Source: Paraspadella gotoi (Eukaryota > Animalia > Chaetognatha). Taken from it: a DNA stretch of 64,000 nt. The notes below the pieces were generated by a model that did no database searches, was not told where the DNA came from, and was given only the letters and a program-made list of their open reading frames with translations. The stretch spans positions 1 to 64,000 of the forward strand of contig JBJCIZ010000240.1 of assembly GCA_051294375.1 (NCBI GenBank), given 5' to 3'. How positions within the stretch are numbered: the first letter of the stretch is position 1; every line of letters begins with the position of its first letter. Below are positions 23,004 to 64,000 of this stretch, piece after piece. A program made the translations under genes and the position numbers.

Positions 23004-23939
23004 TCCGGTGGGTGTGGTGCGCGGTGGGGCCTGCGTCCTCTCTCTCGTGCGTGGGGCGGTCGTGCGTCGTGGCGGGTGCGTGCTGCGTGGCGGGGGCGGG
23101 GGGGTGGGGCGGTGCGGTGGGGCTGGGGGGGGCGGGTGGCGTGGCTCGGTGGCGGGGCGTGGCGGGGTGGCTGCGGTGGCGGGGGGTCTCGGGGTGCGGT
23201 GCTCTCGGTGGGCGCTCTCGCTGCGTTCGTGGCGGGTCTTCTCGGTGCGTGCGTCGGGTCGGGTCGGTGGGGTGGTCTCTCGCACTCCGCCAACCACCCC
23301 GCGGGGTACGGGTATTAATCTCGCATTTCTACAAATCTTCACCGCGCCCCACACACAATTCGTCCTCCAATTTCCGCCGAGCGATCGATGAAATTTAACC
23401 CCTCGATTCGCTTTTCACATATTCGTTATAGATTCTCCTTTTTATGTTTAACTAACTTCAACTTTAACTTTGCAATATCCCTATCAACATTAAATGTTAC
23501 TTTTATCAAGACTAATTTTATTATCCTTTATTAACTTTCTTATGTTACTTTGTTTATTCTCATTTTTTATATTTACCAGCCGCAACTTTAACATTTTAAT
23601 ATTACTTACCTAATTTTACTAAAACTTTAACTATTTTAATATTTTTATTTACATTTTATCTTCAATTTTGTTAATATTAATTATTCTAATTGTCATTTTA
23701 ACTTATTCTTAATAACTTTTCAACCATCTTCCTAAAAAAAGCTAATGAATCTTTATCAATCTTCATCACCGCCAAAGATCTTTTGTTTCAGCTAATCTTC
23801 TTTCGCTGTCAATATTTCTTCCATTTAATCAACACGTTGCCGTCCTCTTTCGCTACCCCTAATTCAGAGACAAGGATTTAACCCACCACCTTAAACCATC
23901 CCGCTAATCCCTAAAAGGATAAAGAAAGATAGATAAAAA

Positions 23940-23954
23940 TAAATAAAGAAAGAA

Positions 23955-23986
<32 letters not shown>

Positions 23987-24004
23987 AAAAAAGAAAGAAA
24001 GAAA

Positions 24005-24045
<41 letters not shown>

Positions 24046-24053
24046 AAAGAAAG
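23940..24053. repeat. (AAAG)n microsatellite
   Basis: aaagaaagaaag run. Confidence 0.9.
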
Positions 24054-24110
24054 TCGAATCTCTCTCCTCCGAAATCGCGATCGAACATTCATTATCATTT
24101 CGACGAGAGA

Positions 24111-24179
24111 CAGCGACGCAGCGGCGCAGCGACGCAGCGACGCAGCGACCCAGCGACCCAGCGACGCAGCGACGCAGCG
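24111..24179. repeat. 8-bp tandem repeat (CAGCGACS)n, about 8.5 copies
   Basis: cagcgacg cagcggcg cagcgacg cagcgacg cagcgacc cagcgacc cagcgacg cagcgacg cagcg. Confidence 0.95.
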
Positions 24180-24575
24180 TCCTGACTTGGGAGTAAAAAT
24201 GGATGGAGGAAAGAGGAAAGAGAGTGAGGTTGAAATGGGGGAAAGAGGGAGAGGGGGGGCGTTGTAAATTAGAAGGATAGAAAAGATAGCATATTGGGTC
24301 ACGTGGTCGTAAATGCTCTCCTTGGTTTTGTAGTAATAGAGTGAGTGAAAAAAAAGAATCATATGCGAAGTAGGAAGATATGGAGGAAGAGATGGAGAAA
24401 AGAAGAGAAGAGAATAGAAAAGAAAAGATAAAGAAAAGAGAAGAGAAGAGAAAAAAAAGAAAAGAGAGAGAAGCTTAACCGTTGGGGGTCACCAATTTTA
24501 GATCGAGTAAAAAATGGTGTTGCTCTTGTGGCGACGGATGAGCAAAGGGAGAGTTATGGTGACAGTGGAGGAAGG

Positions 24576-24780
24576 GAGGTAAGAAGTGAAAGAGAAGAGA
24601 AGTAAGAAAGAAAAGGAGAAAAGTTGTGAAAAAAAAAGGAAACGGAGGTAAGAAGTGAAAAAGAAGAGAAGTAAGGAAGAAAAGGAGAAAAGTTGTGAGA
24701 AAGGAAAAAAGGAAACGGGGGAAAGAAGTGAAAGAGAAGAGAAGTAAGGAAGAAAAGGAGAAAAGTTGTGAAAAAAGAAA
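24576..24780. repeat. Purine-rich ~69-73 bp tandem repeat, 3 copies
   Basis: The unit aagaagtgaaagagaagagaagtaaggaagaaaaggagaaaagttgtga recurs at ~24581, 24650 and 24723. Confidence 0.9.
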
Positions 24781-25681
24781 TCACTTCTTTTCTTTCTTTC
24801 CTTTTCTTTCTGTCTTCTTTCTTTCTTTCTTTCTTTCTTTCTTTTCTTTCTTTTTCTTTTTTCCTTTAATTCTCTCCTCCGACATCTCAGAATCTCTTTC
24901 TTTATCTTCAATTTCCTCTTTCAAATTTGAGCATGCGTGGGACAATACCCCTCCCCTCGGTCCTTCTTCTAGAAACTCGTGGCCTTTTTGTAGGTTCAAC
25001 TGGGAGTCTGGTCCCAGCCCTGTCTGTTGCTGTCAGCTCTTGTTCCCAGTTTGCGGAATAAAAACTATTCTCAGGCCTCCTCTTGTTGCGTGTTGATCCT
25101 TATGTGATGCTCTTGCATCGTTCAGTGAAGCAGTGTCGAAGCCAGAATCAATGACTAATAAGAAGAAGAAGTGAGATCGAGAATAATTTTTCTCCCTTTT
25201 CCCTGGAAAGCCGGCGAAACCGCACGCTGAACGCCACAAAGAACTACACCCGCCTGGTTCGAGTATGTAAGTGATATAGACCAGTCGAACTTCGCTACGG
25301 TGAAGAACACAAAGGGAAAAGCACAAAAAAAAAAGAAAGAATAAAAGAAAAGTGGAAAACACATCAGCATGTTTATTAGTGCATTTGTGTATGCTATTCG
25401 CTTGTATGTTGACTCTTCTTTTTAGTCTCTGGATTGACAAAATATTATTTGCAATACTCTGATTTCCGTATTTCTCTTAATATTTAACTCTTTGTCACTT
25501 CTCGTTTGACGGTACCAGAGTTTTCTATTTGCTACTAACGGTGTACTCTTCTTTCGCCTCACGATTCTTGCGTGGTTTCTTCTTTGACTTTCTTGTACGC
25601 AGTCACGGGATTTTTCTGTTTCTCTTTTACTGTCTACTTCTCTTTCGACTTCTATTCCCCCGTGATTCAGTTAGGTTTTCG
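24781..25681 (-). other. Inverted, noisy copy of the block E end and block F
   Basis: ctcctccgacatctcag (~24874) is the reverse complement of ctgagatgtcggaggag (25863, 27593). tctcccttttccctg (~25191) is the reverse complement of cagggaaaagggaga (25726). Confidence 0.8.
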
Positions 25682-25706
25682 NNNNNNNNNNNNNNNNNNN
25701 NNNNNN

Positions 25707-25923
25707 GGGGGGGGGTTCGCGTCTTCAGGGAAAAGGGAGAAGAAAGACAAAGTAGTTGATTCGGGAGGAAGAGGAGGAAGAGGAGAAAGAGGAGGAAGAG
25801 GAAGCAGGAAAAGGGAGATGTATCAAATTAGAAGAGGGAAGATGAAGATAAAGAAAGAGATACTGAGATGTCGGAGGAGAAATAAAGAAAAAAAGAAAAG
25901 AAAGAAAGAAAGAAAGAAAGAAA
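25707..25923 (+). repeat. Block F, gap-bounded copy (redundant with ~27385-27683)
   Basis: Anchors include gtcttcagggaa, tcaaattagaaga and gatactgagatgtcggaggagaaataaagaaaaaaagaaaagaaag. Confidence 0.9.
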
Positions 25924-25948
25924 NNNNNNNNNNNNNNNNNNNNNNNNN

Positions 25949-27683
25949 AAGATAGGAGGAAAAGCAGAAAGAAAGGATACAAAAAAACAAAAGAAAAGAC
26001 AAGAAAAAGAAGATTATAAAGATCAAGAATAAAGAAAGAAAGGAAAGAGAAAGAAAGGAAAAAAAGAAAGAATAGAAAGTTTCGGAATCTCCTCTCCTCC
26101 GAAAATTCGCGAATTTTTTCGAACATTTCCATTATCCATTTCGACGACGGAGATGACAGCGATTGCCAAGCGGCCTCACCGCAGCGACGCAGCGACGCAG
26201 CTACCCCCCAGCGACCCAGCCGGATCCGCAGCCCCGACGCAGACGTTTCCCTGATTGGGTAGGTTAAAAAATGAGATTGAGGAAAGATGGGAAAGAGAGT
26301 GGAGGGTTGGATGAAATGGTGGGCGGGAAAGATGGGAGGAGGGGGGTACCATACCTGTGCAGTGGGGCGTTTGCTAAAAAATGTTAGAAGGATAGAAAAA
26401 GATAGCATAATTGGGGTCACACCCGGGGTCGTTAAAATGCCTCTCCTTGGTTATGTAAGTAATTAGATGTGTGAAAAAAAAAAAAAAATAAAAAGATCAT
26501 ATGCCCGAAAGTATGAAAGATATGGAGGGACGCAGGAAAGAGATGGAGAAAGAAGAGAAGGAGAAATAGAAAGAAAAAGACGATATTAAAGAAAAACGAG
26601 AAGAGAAGATGGAAAAAAAAAAGAAAAGAGATAGAGAAGCTTAACCGTTGCGCGGGTCGTCACCCAATTTTAATCGCAGCTTGGTTATTAAAAATGTCTT
26701 GTTGCTCTTGGCGCGACGGAGATCTGAGCCAAAGCGAAGAGAGTTGAGGTGACAGCTGGAGAAGGGAGGTAATGAAGTGATAACGGAGAAAGATGTAGAG
26801 ATAAGGAAAAATGGAGGGAGAGAAAAGTTGTGAAAAAAAAAAAAAAGGTAAACGGAGTAAGAAGTGAAAAGAAGGAAGTAAGGAAAGCAGAAAAGCGAGA
26901 AAAGTTGTGCGATGCACATGAAAAAAATGGGGAAACGAGCAAGCGGAAAGAAGTGTCTGATATAGAGAAGAGATATAGCAGCGAAAAGCAAAAGGATGAG
27001 AGAGGGAAAAGTGTGTCTTGAAAAAAAGCAGGGGAAAACAATTGAAAAATCTGGGGGGCAAAGAGAAGTGAAAGAGAATCAGACAAGGTAAAGAGAAAAG
27101 TAAAATTCTGGAGGAAGAAGTGAAGATAAAAAGAGAAGAAGGAATCGGAGGGAGGAATAGAGGGAAAGAAGTGCGTGGGTGTGGGAAAAGAGAAAAAAAA
27201 AGAAAGAAAGTAATCGGAAGGGAGGGAAAGAAGTGAAAGAAAAAAAGAAGAATCGGAAATCACTGGAAAGAAGTGAAAGAGAAAAAGAGAGTTGTCAAAC
27301 AGGAACGTAGAGAAAAGACCGGTTTTAGTCTTCCGCCCTTCTCAAGTTCTGTCAAAACCCGACGGGGTGGTTGGACGGGCGGCGGGTGGAGGGTGTTCGC
27401 GGTCTTCAGGGAAGGGGAAAAAGGGAGAAGTAAAGACAAAAGTAGTGTGATTATTCCACGGGAGGAAGAGGAGGGAAAGATGGGAGAAAGAGGTGGCGAA
27501 TACGGAACGCAATCTAGCGAATAAAAGGGGGAGATGTCTTTACTCAAATTAGAAGATTGGAAGGATTGAAAGATTTATAAAGAAAATTGATACTGAGATG
27601 TCGGAGGAGAAATAAAGAAAAAAAGAAAAGAAAGAATAGAAAGAAAGAAAGACAAGAAAGAAAGAAAGATAAGAAAGAAAGAA
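25949..27683 (+). repeat. Noisy copy 2 of block E continuing into block F
   Basis: Colinear with 23915-24780 and then 25707-25923, with many insertions. Confidence 0.9.
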
Positions 27684-27684
27684 T

Positions 27685-60315
<32,631 letters not shown>

Positions 60316-60481
60316 GCTTCAGAAACGAGAAAGAAATAAAGGAGAGAGTGAGAGTGTCTTTGTTTGGATGACCGACTTTCTCGACGAGCGACCGACCAAT
60401 TTTGATCTCGGAGAAAATGTTTCGCGGGTAATGGAATCGTAATTCTCTCTTCGCGAAAAATCAATAACGTTTAAGGGACAC

Positions 60482-60710
60482 AAACATGGCCGACATTTCA
60501 CGGCACTTTTGATTTAAAGGCAAAATAAACATGGCAGACATTTCATCACTTAATTCTTCTTTTATTTAAAGACAGAAACATGGACGACGTTTCGTCACTT
60601 CAGTCATTTAATCCGAAACATGGTCAACACTTTTTATTTTTCTTTATGGCCGAAAAAGGGGTCCAAATTTTTGTTTGAATTTTGGTTTTTTTCAGTCCGC
60701 AAACATGGCT
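60482..60710. repeat. Degenerate ~40-49 bp tandem repeat carrying AAACATGG
   Basis: AAACATGG occurs at 60482, 60527, 60576, 60616 and 60701. The first three copies continue with xxGAC(A/G)TTTC...CACTT. Confidence 0.8.
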
Positions 60711-60862
60711 GGTATTTTGTATAATTGTTTCTTTTCTTTTTAATTAACAAACACTGACAAAGAAGTCAAAGCTGTTCCATTTCATAACATCGAACATGCC
60801 CGACCCTTTACGACTTCTCCCCTGTCCCTCCAAAACACTATTTCCCTTTCGCNNNNNNNNNN

Positions 60863-61180
60863 CGCAATTAATTCCCGCCAAAACCGACTTTTTTCCTTCC
60901 GCCATCTTTGTTTACTCTTTTTTTTTCTCCTCCAATCAAAAACGTAAACATTTCGAGTTGGAATAAATCATTTCCGGTTTTTTGCGTCTCGATTCGTCGT
61001 CGCGAAGTCGAACGAGATCCGAGATGACGACGACGCCGCCGCCGCCNNNNNNNNNNNNNNNNNNNNNNNNNCACCCCGGCCGCCGCCCACCCCGCCGCTC
61101 GCTCCACGCCAGCTGCCGTCCCCACGCGTCCCACGCTCGCCGAACCCGTATGCCTCTTTCAAAACCAACGCACTCCGCTT
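60863..61180. promoter_or_regulatory. Putative CpG-rich promoter-like island
   Basis: E2F-type TTCCCGCCAAAA (60872), YY1-type CCGCCATCTT (60899), CCAATC (60932), TTTCCGG (60971), then (GAC)n(GCC)n and GC-rich sequence. Motif matches only. Confidence 0.4.
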
Positions 61181-62299
61181 CCATCATTTATATTACATTT
61201 CTCCACATTTTATCTACATCGCGTACCTCGATCCTCATCCTCCTCTTCCCCTCCCTCTCACCGAGGATTCCGTTCCCTTTTTCAGTCCACTCTCTCCGCG
61301 GGTTTCTCAGTTCTTACTAACTCCCTTCTTTTCTTCAAGATACTATTCCGCCCAGGGACTTTCCCTCAATAAACATTACCGCTTGCGATAATAAGTCGTT
61401 CTTCCAGTGATGCGCCCAAATTTTGGTTGCTCGAACATATTGAAACCACGAATAAAACCCCTAGGAGTTCTTCTTACCGGACTGATAAAAAAAACCGAGC
61501 TGTAAAGAAAAAATGCCGATCGTCATATCTCTAACAAAAAGGATTGTAAAAATGAAGCAAAAAAGAGAAATAAATATTCTAAACTATTTCGTCGACTTTT
61601 TTTTTATTCAAAAAAAAATAAAATAAACTATTCCGTAAGATCCTCTTCATTTTTTGATTTTCCCTTCTAACCTGAATGGATTTTACAAATTCGCGAATTG
61701 TTCTTAGACTGCTCGCGCATAACAAAATTAAGGAAAACTACAAGCCATCATCTTTTTTTTTATAATCACGCCGCCGTCGCACAATCTCTCTCTTGCACCA
61801 CCATCTCCTTTTCCTTTCCCCCGTTAATCTTCAACCATCGACGCAGAAAAAGACTTTCGTCAATAAATCTTGTTTTTTCCTTTTTCTCGAGAGCGGAGGA
61901 ATTTTGGAAAAGGAAGGGTGAATGCCCTTTAGAAAGCGAGAAGAGAGAATGACTCATTTATGGAAGAATGTCGGAATTAATTCATTTAATAAGTAAACTC
62001 TGGTCGGTTAATGCCTCCACCCCTACTACAAGATAATAACATTGCATGACCCTGCTAGTTAGTCGACTCTGAGAGCACCTGGCTTTCCGTTCAATGATAG
62101 TTTTATGTTCAGTTACAGTTAAGAGATTAATTTATTTAAATTCAATTTGATCTAGTTTATATTTTTAATTTTTTAATCGTTTTATTTTGTTCATACTTTA
62201 TCACAACTTTTTTGTTCAACGGTTCACATCTCCTGAGTTGCATTTCATCGTTCGCTTCTCAACATGGAAGCTTTATTATTTATACTTAAAAGTTCTCTG

Positions 62300-62522
62300 C
62301 ATTCGCATCTACTCGATCGCTTTTCCACATTCTCATCTTCTTGTTCGTATCTCATCGTTCGCATCCCCTCGTTCCTTTCTCCTCGTTTGCATCTCCTCTT
62401 TCCTCATTGTTCGCATCTCCTACGTAGATCGAAGCTCCTCGTTTAAATCTCCTTGTTCGCATCTCCTCGTTCGCATCTCCTCGTTCGCTTCTCCTCGTTC
62501 GTTTCTACTCGTTCGCATCTCT
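62300..62522. repeat. 14-bp minisatellite, consensus TCGTTCGCATCTCC, about 15 degenerate copies
   Basis: ttgttcgcatctcc tcgttcgcatctcc tcgttcgcttctcc tcgttcgtttctac tcgttcgcatctc at ~62453-62521, with degenerate copies upstream. Confidence 0.9.
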
Positions 62523-63221
62523 CCCGTCTAAAATGAAGGTTGAATGAAGCGGTGGTCGTTTAAAAGGATTCGATCCTGAGATGAGATGGAAGTCGTAAAT
62601 CTGGACATGAAGTTTNNNNNNNNNNNNNNNNNNNNNNNNNNNNNNNNNNNNNNNNNNNNNNNNNNNNNNNNNNNNNNNNNNNNNNNNNNNNNNNNNNNNN
62701 NNNNNNNNNNNNNNNNNNNNNNNNNNNNNNNNNNNNNNNNNNNNNNNNNNNNNNNNNNNNNNNNNNNNNNNNNNNNNNNNNNNNNNNNNNNNNNNNNNNN
62801 NNNNNNNNNNNNNNNNNNNNNNNNNNNNNNNNNNNNNNNNNNNNCTCTCCCACTGAACGTTAAAAGTCAAAAATGGGTTTGACCTTTGCAGAAATTAAAA
62901 GAGTTTTGTATAATTTCTCCTCTACAAGAGAATCTGTAACTTCGTTTTTTTTTTCTGAACCCGACCCCCCCTCCAAAAAAAATATATTTTTCTTTCGCTA
63001 ATGACAGAATCGCTTATACCGATTTTACGTGATTTATGCGAATAACATGGAGTTCTCGGACGTAAGCACAGTATAATTATATATGTTATTCAAAGTCACA
63101 GTTTATTTAGCAATGGCACTAGTTTTAAAATTAGTTAAACGGTCAATGCGGTAATAAAACCGCGAAATAAATTTCGGCCGAAGATCAAAGAGATTAACCT
63201 AGAAACCGCGGGTCACAAACA

Positions 63222-63368
63222 ACGACGACGACGACGACGACGACGACGACAGCAAATAAGGCCTTGAAGACGTCAAGAAATATTCGGTCAAGACGACGAC
63301 GAAGCGAGAAACGACGACGACGACGACGACGACGAAGTGGACAATGACGACGACGTTTACAACGATGA
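63222..63368. repeat. Interrupted (ACG)n microsatellite
   Basis: Several acgacgacg runs. Confidence 0.85.
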
Positions 63369-63771
63369 CCTCAGAAAATAGACAGAAAAAGGGCAAAACC
63401 CTCCTGCCTTTAAAAGGTCAGTTTCTCTTCAAAAGGTCAGCTTTCTCTTCAAAATCCAGCGGGAGGTGAGTTTCAGTTTTTGACGAATCGATTCCCATTT
63501 CTGTCTGACGAAAAAAGACGTGGAAAGGGTCGATTTCGNNNNNNNNNNNNNNNNNNNNNNNNNNNNNNNNNNNNNNNNNNNNNNNNNNNNNNNNNNNNNN
63601 NNNNNNNNNNNNNNNNNNNNNNNNNNNNNNNNNNNNNNNNNNNNNNNNNNNNNNNNNNNNNNNNNNNNNNNNNNNNNNNNNNNNNNNNNNNNNNNNNNNN
63701 NNNNNNNNNNNNNNNNNNNNNNNNNNNNNNNNNNNNNNNNNNNNNNNNNNNNNNNNNNNNNNNNNNNNNNN

Positions 63772-63911
63772 CGGCTCACGTCACATTCCCCCGATCGGCT
63801 CGCGTCACCTCAGCGAATCCTCACGAACCGGAAACGCCCTAAATCAACGAAGGAACGACGTTGAATTATTCCCTTTCGGCGCATTTCTTTGTTTAGCGGG
63901 AAAATCCGCTT

Positions 63912-63951
<40 letters not shown>

Positions 63952-64000
63952 TGCCAGCTCCGCTTCCTACGCGTGAGGCCGACTTCGACGCCCAGTTGTG
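63772..64000. promoter_or_regulatory. Putative CpG-rich promoter / 5' end of a gene extending beyond the window
   Basis: CRE half-sites (CACGTCA, CGCGTCA), ETS-like ACCGGAAA and GCTTCCG, E2F-like TTTAGCGGGAAAA, then a (GCC)n tract. Motif matches only. Confidence 0.4.
63912..63951. repeat. (CCG)n trinucleotide microsatellite
   Basis: About 13 perfect CCG units. Confidence 0.95.

Larger units (their letters stand above)
23915..24780 (+). repeat. Block E, copy 1 (redundant with 25949-27300)
   Basis: Anchors include ctctcctccgaaa, ttagaaggatagaaaa, aatgctctccttggtt and gagaagcttaaccgttg. Confidence 0.9.

Noticed and set aside
22702-23398. Gly/Arg-rich and Pro-rich ORFs
   Set aside because: They are produced by an A-free tract, which cannot form stop codons on the + strand and is probably an artefact.

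Overview
This window reads as non-coding, microsatellite-rich eukaryotic DNA (animal/invertebrate-like, by inference) from a draft assembly, apparently gap-filled with uncorrected long reads. I found no credible protein-coding gene, RNA gene, CRISPR array or recognisable transposase. The long ORFs in the track come from low-complexity or tandem-repeat sequence. About half the window (~27,685-60,315) is a non-periodic, almost pure A/G tract that begins and ends inside an (AAAG)n microsatellite and is most likely base-calling junk. From ~4,970 to ~27,680, several blocks occur 2-4 times, including one insertion-inflated copy and one inverted copy. The copies differ mainly by scattered indels and abut 25-N gaps, which fits over-filled gaps rather than real duplication. 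The non-redundant locus is roughly 16 kb plus a ~5.3 kb segment of uncertain origin. Genuine-looking structure includes a ~27-copy 70-bp tandem array that is stop-free on the + strand, a (TCA/TCG)-derived repeat that reads as poly-Asp on the - strand, small minisatellites, a cluster of AAACATGG (YY1/PHO-like) motifs, and two CpG-rich promoter-like islands near the right end. The sequence does not support a novel biological system.
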